Of a stretch of 64,000 nt of DNA, positions 35,141-45,273 are shown piece after piece. The notes beneath the pieces are model-generated. The model was not told the origin of the DNA, did not search any database, and worked only from the letters and a program-made list of their open reading frames with translations. Source of the stretch: Chamaesiphon sp. (GTDB taxonomy: Bacteria; Cyanobacteriota; Cyanobacteriia; Cyanobacteriales; Chamaesiphonaceae); NCBI GenBank assembly GCA_965246715.1, contig CBDFFH010000038.1:96001-160000 (forward strand), given 5' to 3'. Made by a program: the position numbers and the translations under genes. Positions within the stretch are counted from its first letter, which is position 1. Each line of letters starts with the position of its first letter.

Positions 35141-36451
35141 ATGCTTGTCAAACCTAGAATCGCGATCGATTGTGTTTTCTTTCAAATTGCAAACTCTGGT
35201 ATTGCCAGAGTTTGGCGATCTCTGCTAAAAGAGTGGGTAGCCAACGGCTTTTCAAAACATTTATTAATTATAGATCGGGGTGGAACTGCGCCTAAATTTC
35301 CTGGACTAACTTATGAAGAAACACCAGTATTTGATTTTAAAAATCCCGCAATTGAATCAATACATATCCAAGAAATATGCGATCGAGAACACATAGATTT
35401 GTTTATTTCTACTTATCATACTATTCCACTGTTCACACCATCTGTTGTATTAGTTCACGATATGTTACCAGAACTATTCAACACAGATTTATCAGTTATG
35501 CCATTACATGAAAAATATTGGAGTATCCTTCATGCGGCTCACTATATCTGTATCTCGAACAATACCGCTCGCGATTTGCAGAAATTTATGCCGAGTATTA
35601 AAGACGATCGAATTTCAATTACTCTGAACGGCATAAGCAAAGACTTCTATCCTCAGCCTCAAGATCTGGTCGAACAGTTTAGGAATAAATATAAGATCGG
35701 TCGACCTTTTTTTCTAGTAGTAGGTAATCGTTATGCTGATGGTGGACATAAAAATGTTGTTCATTTTTTCCGTGCTTTCAAAAATCTACCAGATCGACAT
35801 AAATTTGCGATAGTCTGTGTTGGTGGAGTACCAACACTAGAACCAGAATTAGCTAAGGAGATCGATAGAACCACTGTTTATGTACTATCGTTATCAGATT
35901 CGGAGTTGGTAGCTGCATATTCTGGTGCAACGGCTCTAGTATATCCATCTTTATATGAAGGATTTGGGTTGCCAATTTTAGAAGCAATGGCATGTGGTTG
36001 TCCCGTTATTACTTGTGCCAATTCCTCACTGACAGAAGTAGCTGGGGATGCGGCTATTTACGTCAGTGAAACAGAATCAGATGAATTAACAATGGCATTG
36101 ATTGATGTTCAACGTCTTGAGATCGGATCTGAATTAAGTAGCAAGGGATTAGTACAAGCTCAAAAGTTTTCTTGGACAAAAATGGCTGAGGAGCTTTCTC
36201 AAGTATTAATATCAACATTCGATCGAATTGAATCTGGCGAGCTACTGACGAACGATCCGCTTTGGTCTGAATTACGAAAGTTACAAGTAGGTGAGTATCG
36301 GGAAGGACTATATAACCTCGCGCGGGAGTTGGAAGATGCTCGTCAAAAAATTATCTTCATGCAAAATAGTAATTTTTGGAAGCTCCGGCAACAGTGGTTT
36401 CGATTGAAGCAAATGCTTAGATTAGTAGATCGAATTGACTCGGATTTGTAA
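35141..36451 (+). CDS. Glycosyltransferase family 4 (GT-B)
   Basis: VHDMLPE and LVYPSLYEGFGLPILEAMACGCPVI. Confidence 0.92.
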   Translation: MLVKPRIAIDCVFFQIANSGIARVWRSLLKEWVANGFSKHLLIIDRGGTAPKFPGLTYEETPVFDFKNPAIESIHIQEICDREHIDLFISTYHTIPLFTPSVVLVHDMLPELFNTDLSVMPLHEKYWSILHAAHYICISNNTARDLQKFMPSIKDDRISITLNGISKDFYPQPQDLVEQFRNKYKIGRPFFLVVGNRYADGGHKNVVHFFRAFKNLPDRHKFAIVCVGGVPTLEPELAKEIDRTTVYVLSLSDSELVAAYSGATALVYPSLYEGFGLPILEAMACGCPVITCANSSLTEVAGDAAIYVSETESDELTMALIDVQRLEIGSELSSKGLVQAQKFSWTKMAEELSQVLISTFDRIESGELLTNDPLWSELRKLQVGEYREGLYNLARELEDARQKIIFMQNSNFWKLRQQWFRLKQMLRLVDRIDSDL

Positions 36452-36669
36452 ATTTATCTGTCGATCGACTAGTATTAAAATCGGCGATTAAATCTAACAA
36501 ATAAATAGTATAGAGAGCCGCCTAATCTAAAATAAATTTATCGCACAGACTACTCGAACGTTATATAATCGATAACGAAGTCAATAATCCTTACCCATAG
36601 AAATAGAGATCCTCAAATAGATCGTGAATACCGATCCAGAATTAGTGTGATGGATATAGCTATTTAATC

Positions 36670-37608
36670 GTGAACTATTCTTCCTGTCCTACACCCGTAG
36701 CCTTCATTATTTTCAATCGTCCAGAATTCACCCGTCAGGTGTTCGATGCGATTCGTGCGGCACGTCCCCAACAGCTATTTGTCATTGCCGATGCACCGCG
36801 TGTTGGCCGTCCTGACGATATTGCTAGATGTGCGGCAACTAGGGCGATTATTGATGAAGTCGATTGGGACTGTGAAGTATTTAAAAACTATGCCGATCGA
36901 AATTTAGGATGTGGATTGCGTCCAGCGAGCGGTCTAAATTGGGTCTTCGATCGCGTAGAAACCGCGATCGTGCTGGAAGATGACTGTTTGCCAGATCCGA
37001 CCTTTTTCCCATACTGCACCGAGCTATTAGCGCATTATCAAAACGATCGGCGCATCTTTCATATCTCTGGAAACAACTTTCAATTCGGCCAGCAGCGTGG
37101 CGAAGCTAGCTATTTTTACTCTCGGTATACCCATCACTGGGGTTGGGCAACTTGGCGCAGAGCTTGGCAGTATTTTGACTACGATCTGACCAAATGGCCG
37201 AGTTTGCAGGCAACAGATTGGCTGGAGAGTCTGCTTGACACTCCCGAGGCGATTGATTATTGGCAGCAAATTTTCGATGGAGTTTATCATGGCGATAAGT
37301 CCCATATTTGGGACTATCAATGGACATTTGCTTGCTGGCTAGCTGGCGGTTTATGTATTAGTCCCCAGGTGGATCTGATCTCCAACATTGGGTTTACACC
37401 AGAGGGTACTCATACGATTAGGCAAAATCAATTTGCTAATTTACCAGTTAGTAAGATGCAATTTCCTTTAGTTCATCCGCCAGCAATCATTCGCGATCGT
37501 GCTGCGGATATGTTCGTTCAATCGAGTAAATTTAATCTCGATCTGTGGTCTCGGCTGAAACGTAAAATTTACTGGTATCGATTACTGCAACAGTTCAGAT
37601 CTTTATAA
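36670..37608 (+). CDS. GT-A fold glycosyltransferase (HlpA-like family)
   Basis: FIIFNRP, NLGCG, IVLEDDC, HHWGWATWRRAW and ISNIGF. Confidence 0.85.
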   Translation: MNYSSCPTPVAFIIFNRPEFTRQVFDAIRAARPQQLFVIADAPRVGRPDDIARCAATRAIIDEVDWDCEVFKNYADRNLGCGLRPASGLNWVFDRVETAIVLEDDCLPDPTFFPYCTELLAHYQNDRRIFHISGNNFQFGQQRGEASYFYSRYTHHWGWATWRRAWQYFDYDLTKWPSLQATDWLESLLDTPEAIDYWQQIFDGVYHGDKSHIWDYQWTFACWLAGGLCISPQVDLISNIGFTPEGTHTIRQNQFANLPVSKMQFPLVHPPAIIRDRAADMFVQSSKFNLDLWSRLKRKIYWYRLLQQFRSL

Positions 37609-37616
37609 TTTTGTAG

Positions 37617-38486
37617 ATGCTCGATCTTCCGCGTGTAGCTGTAATAACGCCAACATTTAATCGTCAAGCTAAGCTCTTAAGATTTTTGGATGCGTTGGCG
37701 ATTCAAACCTATCCTAATTTACAAGTTATTATCATTGATTCTGGCTCGATCGATGGTACTCCCGATCGAGTTCGAGAAAAGTTTCCGCGCGTCACTTTGC
37801 TAGAGGTAAGCGATCGCAATTTTTGGGCAGGTGCGACTAATGCCGGGGTGAAATTAGCACTCGAACGACAAGTAGATTATATTTTTACAATCAATGATGA
37901 TTCCGTTATCGCGCCCGATCATATCAAACGCTTAGTCGATCTAGCCCAACAGCATCAACTCGCGATCGTTGGCAATCGGATCGATTATCTTGTCCCGGTC
38001 GATAAAGTGTGGTCTTTAGGTACTTATTCAGACTGGGGTACCGATCGATTTTTGAAAATTGCCTACAATAATATCGATCTAGCTAATATTCCCGACGGTA
38101 TTTTAAAACAAGAATTAATTAAGGTCGATGCCTTACCTGGTAACGGCGTATTGATCGCCAGAGCGGTGTTCGAGCGAGTTGGCTTATACAATACTCGCTT
38201 TTGTCCTCATTATCATGCTGATTCAGAATTGCTGATGCGTGCCAAGCAATTAGCAAATATCGATGCGTGGATCGCCCCAAACATAGTTTTGCAAAATGAT
38301 TTTAATGACGAACAAAAACGCTCGCATGGAAGTGGATTAGCTAAATTACTATATATATTTTTCAATCCTAAATCTCATTTATTTATGCCAGCAATTTTAT
38401 ATCCGATCTGGCAGTATTGTCCGCCATCTCAAAAAATCCAGACATTGTTTAGTTTGATTAAAAGATTCAAAAACATGAATCCCTAG
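37617..38486 (+). CDS. Glycosyltransferase family 2
   Basis: VITPTFNR, IIDSGSIDGT, FWAGATNAG, TINDD and HYHAD. Confidence 0.88.
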   Translation: MLDLPRVAVITPTFNRQAKLLRFLDALAIQTYPNLQVIIIDSGSIDGTPDRVREKFPRVTLLEVSDRNFWAGATNAGVKLALERQVDYIFTINDDSVIAPDHIKRLVDLAQQHQLAIVGNRIDYLVPVDKVWSLGTYSDWGTDRFLKIAYNNIDLANIPDGILKQELIKVDALPGNGVLIARAVFERVGLYNTRFCPHYHADSELLMRAKQLANIDAWIAPNIVLQNDFNDEQKRSHGSGLAKLLYIFFNPKSHLFMPAILYPIWQYCPPSQKIQTLFSLIKRFKNMNP

Positions 38487-39903
38487 TCTCATCGCCTTCA
38501 ACAATAGCAAAAATCATCTGTTTAAGCTAAAGCTACCCGAAATCCAGTAGATCGATCGGAATAAAACGCCGACATCGAACAGCGTGAAGCACTCCGACAA
38601 GCGCGTGGCGGACAAGACCAAGCACCGCCCCGCAGCGGGCGATAATTAGCATCTCCAGCCAATTGCGGGCGACCGTCACTAAGCGCGTGCTGATAATTTT
38701 CTTGCCAGTAGTCGCTGCACCATTCCCAGACATTACCGTGCAGATCGTACAATCCAAACGCATTCGGCGGAAACTTGCCCACCGGAGTCGTTTCCTGGCG
38801 ATATTCGCTCTCCGGTGCGCGATTAAAACTCTCGCGACCGTCGCAATTTCCCAGATCTGCCATCATCGTCGCACCATAATGAAACGGTGTCGTCGTTCCA
38901 GCGCGACAAGCATACTCCCATTCAGCTTCACTCGGCAGCTGATAGGCTCTGCCAGTTTTCTGGGATAATACTTTGCAAAACTCGATCGCCTCATAGTAAT
39001 TGACAGTCTCGATCGGATGTCCGTCTTTGCAAAAATAGGCAGGATTTTGACCCATCAATAGCTGATACTGTGCTTGCGTAATCGGATATCGCCCCAACCA
39101 AAACGGCTCGATTTCCACCCGGTGTTGGGGTTGTTCGTTAGCTGCCAATTTATGTTCTGAAGTTGACGCACCCATCACAAAGTTACCCCCCGGAATGCAA
39201 GCCATCGCCAGATATTGTTTTTTCCAGAAGCTACCACCGATCGGCTCGCGGAAATAGCGGATTTGATGTTCGGTGTAAGACTCGATCCGCCCGTCCCGTC
39301 GTACTATAACGCTCTCGTAGCTAGCGATTTCGATCGATGGATAGTTTTTGAATTGGGTGGAGTTTAAGGCCGTAATCGGGGCGGCTCGTTGGACTGGTAA
39401 TGCGCTGTTGACTGCTTTTTTAGCAGGATTAACGCTCGTTGATGCTGCTACTAACATCGGCTTTGTTAAAGCCGTCTGGACTGCTGCTGCCGTCTGATAA
39501 CGGTCTTTGAGCAAGTTCTGAATGGTGCGATCGAGAATCCGACCCAAATCGTCCCCAACGAGATTGCGATCGACATATTGTCGCCAAACCCATTCCCCAT
39601 TGACGGTGTCGAACAAGTCAAATGGTGAAACACTAGTCAGCAAGTAGATACAAGTAACGCCCAAACTATAAATATCGCTAGCAAACATCGCCTTGCCCCG
39701 CGCTTGTTCTGGGGCGACGTATTCCGCAGAACCAATCGTCGTTCCGGTCTTGGCTAAAGCTGTCGCAGTTGCGTATTTTGCCGCCCCAAAATCGACCAAA
39801 CAGAGCTGATTATCGCTTCGGCGGCGAATGATATTTTCCGGTTTGATATCGCGATGAATTACCTCAGCGCGATGAATGAAAGTCAGGACTGGTAGTAAAT
39901 CTG

Positions 39904-41391
39904 CAGGGTGAACGCACTTAAATTTCCTACTATTTAAAATCCTCGCAAATCAGTTGCAGATTTGAATTACGAAAAGTATGAAAGCTTTAATGGTAAACAA
40001 GTATAGCCAGTTAATTATGTTATATTTATTGGAAATTCAGATCGCGTCAAATGAAGCTAAAGCCAAGGCATAGTATAGCAGAACACTTTGGTGACATAAA
40101 AGACATTAGAATTGAACGGGGGAAAAAACACAAACTAATCGATATTATCACGATCTCGATTTGTGCAGTAGTATGTGGAGCAGATGGATGGGAAGACATA
40201 GAGCTGTATGGCATCACCAGAAAAAAATGGCTGGAGGAATTTCTAGAATTACCGAATGGGATACCATCTCACGATACATTTGCACGGGTATTTTCACAAA
40301 TTAATCCTGAAGAATTCAATAAATCTTTCCTGCATTGGATTAAAGGAATAAGTAAAATAACAGCAGGAGAGATAATCGCATTTGATGGAAAACAATCTCG
40401 AAATTCAAGAGACGAAAAAAATGGTAAAGGAGTAATTAATACGGTCAGTGCTTGGGCAGCAAGTAATAGATTAGTATTAGGACAAACAAAAGTCGAGAGT
40501 AAATCAAATGAAATTACTGCATTGCCTGAGTTGATTAATGCCTTAGATCTAGCTGGATGTATAGTGACAATTGATGCAATGGGATGTCAGCGAGAAATAG
40601 TCAAGAAAATTGTCAAAAAAGAAGCAGATTATGTAATTGCTGTCAAAAAGAATCAACCAAGTTTATATGAAAGGGTAGAACAGCTATTCAAACAGGCGAT
40701 TAAAACTCGTGGTGAAAGTCTGAAAACGCATAGCTTCAGCAGTAGAGAGATGAATAGAGGTAGAGAGGAAACTCGTAATTACCTAATGATATCAGACATT
40801 GCAACATCAATAGATCCATTGCTAAAATGGCAAAATCTGACTAGTATTTGCATGGTAGAATCAGTTCGAGTTGTCAATGAAAAAACCAGCGTAGAAGCTC
40901 GTTATTTCATCAGTAGCTTAGAAGATAATGTTGAAAAACTAGCAGAAGCAATCAGAGGTCATTGGTCGATAGAAAATTCACTCCATTGGGTACTTGATGT
41001 TATTTTCAAAGAAGACATTAGTCGAATTAGAAAAGATAATGCTCCAGCTAATTTTGCTGTTTTAAGACATATAGCAGTTAATATAATGAGTCAGAACAAG
41101 AGTCGAAAACTAAGTGTTAGGAAGAAGCGATTTCTTGCGAGCCTTGATGAAGAATATTCGCGCGAACTTCTAGAGGCTATTTTAGCCTAAATTTAACTAA
41201 CCCCAGAGTATGAATTTGGCTAAATATCTTTAGCCGCACTTTTGCCGGACTAAATTGAGTTAATTTAACCTCGTCTTTGGTTTCGATTTTATTGATATTG
41301 TCGTAATTGTAGTTAAGCAATCGAATATCATTAATCGCCTATTTTAGTGGCTCTCGATCGAAATAAATCCTGTTTTGATGCGTTCACCCTG
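39904..41391 (+). mobile_element. ISAs1-family insertion sequence, complete
   Basis: IRs CAGGGTGAACGCA / TGCGTTCACCCTG. The 11-bp target duplication TAGTAAATCTG is at 39893-39903 and 41392-41402. Confidence 0.95.
40051..41190 (+). CDS. ISAs1-family transposase
   Basis: GIPSHDTF, IAFDGK, KSNEITA, VTIDAMGCQ and RGHWSIENSLHWVLDV. Confidence 0.96.
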   Translation: MKLKPRHSIAEHFGDIKDIRIERGKKHKLIDIITISICAVVCGADGWEDIELYGITRKKWLEEFLELPNGIPSHDTFARVFSQINPEEFNKSFLHWIKGISKITAGEIIAFDGKQSRNSRDEKNGKGVINTVSAWAASNRLVLGQTKVESKSNEITALPELINALDLAGCIVTIDAMGCQREIVKKIVKKEADYVIAVKKNQPSLYERVEQLFKQAIKTRGESLKTHSFSSREMNRGREETRNYLMISDIATSIDPLLKWQNLTSICMVESVRVVNEKTSVEARYFISSLEDNVEKLAEAIRGHWSIENSLHWVLDVIFKEDISRIRKDNAPANFAVLRHIAVNIMSQNKSRKLSVRKKRFLASLDEEYSRELLEAILA

Positions 41392-41921
41392 TAGTAAATC
41401 TGCCAGTAACGATCGAATTTCTAATTCGTTAAAGTTTTGTCCTTTAGCGGCTAATTCTTGGGCGAGATTATCGCCATCGATAAATTCTTGAGCGATGTAC
41501 TCATATTCTTGCTGTCCGAACTGTTTATATAGCGATGGAATCTGCGGGTGTCCGCCCAATTGAGCTAATCGCAGCGATTCTTGGTGAAATAACTCCATCG
41601 CCTGGACGCGCACCGATCGATCTTGGGGATAAAATTGTTTGATAACACAGCGCGGCTTACCTGCTCGATACTCATCCTGCGCCAAAAAAGTCCGCCCAAA
41701 TCCTCCTCTACCAATGAGTCGCAGACACCGATAGCGATCTCCCAAAATCAATTCCGACCCACAACCCATACAAAAATTCGCAGTTGGTTCATTGGTTGGT
41801 TGGGGACAATTAGGTTGCGGGCAAAAACTGGACATGAAGATCGGCTAAAACTCGAATGTGACACAGTGCATCTGTGGTTAGTCTACCCAAATCGGCGTGC
41901 GAATCTGACTAAGTAACGTCA

Positions 41922-42056
41922 GTTCGGGTTAAGGATATTTGCTTCGTTCGAGTCCCGCCGCCGATTGAAATCGGGGCTAGTATCACAAAGTCCGCCTGCG
42001 CGGACTACGCATCATGAGCCGAGACGTCCAGTCTCTAGGCACCTCTTATCCCGAAC
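41922..42056. repeat. MITE-like element with internal palindromes
   Basis: Terminal IRs GTTCGGGTTAAG / CTTATCCCGAAC (11/12 match); internal palindrome AGTCCGCCTGCGCGGACT. Confidence 0.5.
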
Positions 42057-42145
42057 CCCTAAGAAACAAAATTTGGCAAAGTTGCTGAAAGTGCCTCTGG
42101 ATAAGGTTATCGGAACTTTCAGCGTAATTAAATATAAAACAATGT

Positions 42146-42166
42146 GTAGGGTGGGCATTGCCCACC
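42146..42166 (+). repeat. REP-type sequence
   Basis: GTAG-GGTGGGCA-T-TGCCCACC; a near-identical inverted copy lies at 55407-55426. Confidence 0.75.
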
Positions 42167-42215
42167 ATCTAGGTTTCAGGCTTTTCTGATATTATAAATA
42201 TTTGCGCCGACCTAC

Positions 42216-44981
42216 TTATAAGCCATAAACTAAATGTATGAAGACCGCTTGACTATTGCCGACGATCGATTCTCTGAAGGAGACGCTACGCCAACGAGAT
42301 GTTGAGCCAAAATTATCGTTATCGAATCGAATTAGATTGAGTTGTTGGATGACTGGCGAATTAGACACGATCGCGATTACCGCTGGCTGCGAGCGACCGG
42401 AAACCGAGATTTGATAGGCCCCGATTGCTAAATCCTCGAACTGATAACTACCATCAGCTTTAGTCGTAGTCGATCTACTAATTTTAGCATCGGCGAGATG
42501 AATGGCCGTAACTTCGGTATTTGGTAGTGGTTTCCCGCCAGCATCGGCGACGATCCCTTTGACTGTAAAAATCGGCGTTAAGGGAATCGGAATATTGGTA
42601 TAACTCCCCAAGGCGACATTGACACGGAGCGAATCGATCGAACTGCGCCACCGCTCGGGTAAGTGACTGGTATGCAGATCCAAGCGATAGCTCCCTGGTG
42701 CAGCGCGAACTTCCACCCGATCGGTTAATTTAGTAGTCTGGCTCGGATCGAGGGCTTTTCGATCCAGCGTAATTAATTCGGGGTGCCAGTAACTCTCCTC
42801 CCCCGAGTCCAGCTTGCCATTACCATTGCGATCGAAAAATGGCTGGAGCGAAATCCCGCCGCTAGTCCGGAGATCTTCGACGCGAGTATTTGCCACGCGC
42901 ACGCCACCCTGAAAATCGAGCGTCGATTGCACTTCGAGCGAAAAACTTTGTTGATTGGTAAACGCCGAAATGCCCTGATATCTGCCCAATAACTGTAGCC
43001 CAGGGGTTACAGTCATCCCGATACTCGCATTTGCCCCCCGCCCAAAGCCACTCCAGCCATAGCCCAGCTCGGATTGAAGCAAACTAGATTGATATCGCCA
43101 GCTCAATTGACTGAGGGTCGTTGCTTCGGTCTGCGCGATCGACCTGGTAGATTGATAATTGGCAACGAGATTTTGGGTAATCCCAATCGGTGTGGGGAGT
43201 CGATAACTAAGCTCGGAATTGAAACTGATTTCATTACCCTGCAATCGTAGTTGCCATTCATTTTGTTGGTGGCTGGCACTCCACCGCACAAAGGAATTGC
43301 TATCTAACGTACCTTGAAGCGTACTAAAGCTTTTGGGTGCAAGGCTGAAATTATAGTTACCGCCGATCGCTACCCCAGAGAGACTATCGTAATTACTAAC
43401 CGCCGTAAATTGCGGTGCTACTTGCCAATTGAGATCGGCTCGACTAGAAAATTTGTCGCTATTAAAATTAGCATTAAATTTGGGTGTCGGCTGATAATTG
43501 ACATTACTCACCATATCCCAGCGATCGCCTGTAACGGCGGAAACAGAAGCCTTGAGCGGCACGCCCGTCGGCTGCCAAAATATTTCACTCGATCCGCGCA
43601 ACGCCAACGGATCGGCAATTACCCCGCCGCCGACAGTCAAAGATTCGCTAATTCCCCGTCGATAAGCAACGCCACCCTGTAAGCCATCTAATTTACCGAC
43701 AAACTCATTGGGGATGCGGTTGTAATTTGCGCCTACCGAACCGATAATCGCGCCAGCACCCGCAGGTAATTGCCCTGGTACTGTTGTAAAATTCACATCG
43801 CGAATTTGTGGATCGGCGGAGAGTTGGCCGCTGGGATAGAGAAACAAGCGATAATTATTCCCAAATCCCCCATCGTTACTTACAGGCACATTCTCAAACC
43901 GGAATACGCCCGAACTGTCCACTAATACTTGAGCGACTACCACCGTCCCAAACCCGCGCACCAGCCGCACCACCGTCCCAGGCTGCGCTTGTCCGACCAC
44001 AGTGCGCCCTAACTGACTCGACTGCAACCGTTCGTTGGGGACGATATCGCCACCCGATAGGGAATTGGTCGGTGTAAAATTTTGGCGTTGAATCGTTGTA
44101 AAGCCCCAATAACTCCCGATCGGATTGCCTTGTCTGCGCCAGAACGGAGCTTGCGAACCCGCAATCCAGTCGGCACTGGGGTTTTGATTGATGACAACAG
44201 CATCGCTCAAGCCCCAAGTTAGCAGATTGGCAAGTTTGGGCTGATCGACGCGTAAATACCAACTGGAGCCATAAACCGTACCGACTGCTTTAAATTCACC
44301 TTGAGTATTGACGCGATCGGTTGCCGAGCCGCTGAGGTTGATCCGTTCCTGAAGTGCGCTCAAACTGGCCGTAGGCGGATCGATCGCAGCCAAACCATCC
44401 AAACTCACTTTCGGCGGTGTTGCCACGGGTTTAGGCGGATTTTTGGGCAGATCGTAACTAAATTTGAGATCGATCTCCGCCTCGTCAAATTCAACTTTCA
44501 CCCCTGGCAATTTCCGTAGCTCACCAATCGAAATAGCTCTTCCTAGTTGCGGAGGCGATCGCAATTGACGCGGATCTAGTCTGACTTGGAGATATGCAGC
44601 GGTGAGTTCTAATTCGCCATTAATTAATTGTTTTTGTTGAATCCCCAATAATTTCAGCGTCGCGTCAAATGGTAATAACCAGCGATCGATTTCGATCGGA
44701 CGATGCTTGAGTCGGTCGATTTCGCCACTAACGCCGATCTGTTGCGGGTTAGCATTATTGACGAGCGCGGTAATTTGACCGATTTTAAGTGTTTGCGGCT
44801 CGCTCGTCGGTGCCGATGGCGAGTCATTCGCTGGCGACGAATCGCTGACTAATTTCGCTGGTGTCGCGGCGGCATCGATAAGTGCTGTCTGCTCGACAAC
44901 GCTGCACCACAACACAATTTGCGCCAGTAAATATAGCCGCTGGCGCAGATATTTCCAGTAGTAGGTCGGATGCGATCGCAA
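42216..44981 (-). CDS. Large exported/outer-membrane protein, usher-like, with C-terminal carboxypeptidase-regulatory-like domain
   Basis: Beta-strand-rich middle region (YRRGISESLTVGGG), FFDRNGNGKLDSGE, and VKGIVADAGG...TTTKADGSYQFEDLAIGAY. Start codon uncertain. Confidence 0.65.
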   Translation of the reverse strand: MRSHPTYYWKYLRQRLYLLAQIVLWCSVVEQTALIDAAATPAKLVSDSSPANDSPSAPTSEPQTLKIGQITALVNNANPQQIGVSGEIDRLKHRPIEIDRWLLPFDATLKLLGIQQKQLINGELELTAAYLQVRLDPRQLRSPPQLGRAISIGELRKLPGVKVEFDEAEIDLKFSYDLPKNPPKPVATPPKVSLDGLAAIDPPTASLSALQERINLSGSATDRVNTQGEFKAVGTVYGSSWYLRVDQPKLANLLTWGLSDAVVINQNPSADWIAGSQAPFWRRQGNPIGSYWGFTTIQRQNFTPTNSLSGGDIVPNERLQSSQLGRTVVGQAQPGTVVRLVRGFGTVVVAQVLVDSSGVFRFENVPVSNDGGFGNNYRLFLYPSGQLSADPQIRDVNFTTVPGQLPAGAGAIIGSVGANYNRIPNEFVGKLDGLQGGVAYRRGISESLTVGGGVIADPLALRGSSEIFWQPTGVPLKASVSAVTGDRWDMVSNVNYQPTPKFNANFNSDKFSSRADLNWQVAPQFTAVSNYDSLSGVAIGGNYNFSLAPKSFSTLQGTLDSNSFVRWSASHQQNEWQLRLQGNEISFNSELSYRLPTPIGITQNLVANYQSTRSIAQTEATTLSQLSWRYQSSLLQSELGYGWSGFGRGANASIGMTVTPGLQLLGRYQGISAFTNQQSFSLEVQSTLDFQGGVRVANTRVEDLRTSGGISLQPFFDRNGNGKLDSGEESYWHPELITLDRKALDPSQTTKLTDRVEVRAAPGSYRLDLHTSHLPERWRSSIDSLRVNVALGSYTNIPIPLTPIFTVKGIVADAGGKPLPNTEVTAIHLADAKISRSTTTKADGSYQFEDLAIGAYQISVSGRSQPAVIAIVSNSPVIQQLNLIRFDNDNFGSTSRWRSVSFRESIVGNSQAVFIHLVYGL

Positions 44982-45273
44982 ATGATAGATACAATATTCC
45001 CTGATTCGATCTTATCAGACTTCCCTTGTCCTCAAATTGGCTGCGCTCCGATCGATAATCGAGATCGCACCATGCCAGCGGCGGATCGCTCGAAATACAG
45101 ATTGACACGAGCTATTCGATCTCAGGTGTTGCACCAGTACATAAAAACCGATCGCGAAGCATGCCACCAAGCCGGTCGAATCGTCACAAAACTTACTCAC
45201 AACTACCAAAACTAGCCAGCCACTAAAACACCAGTAACTTTGTTTTGATGCAAGATGTGAACGATCCGAGCGA

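Larger units (their letters stand above)
38522..41835 (-). pseudogene. Ser/Thr protein kinase with C-terminal FGE-sulfatase (SUMF1) domain, interrupted by ISAs1
   Basis: The 5' part has IGRGGFGRTF and CVIKQF; the 3' part has IHRDIKPEN, DFG, LPSEAEWEYACRAG and LYDLHGNVWEW. Removing 39904-41402 rejoins LLADLL|PVLTFIH in frame. Confidence 0.93.
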
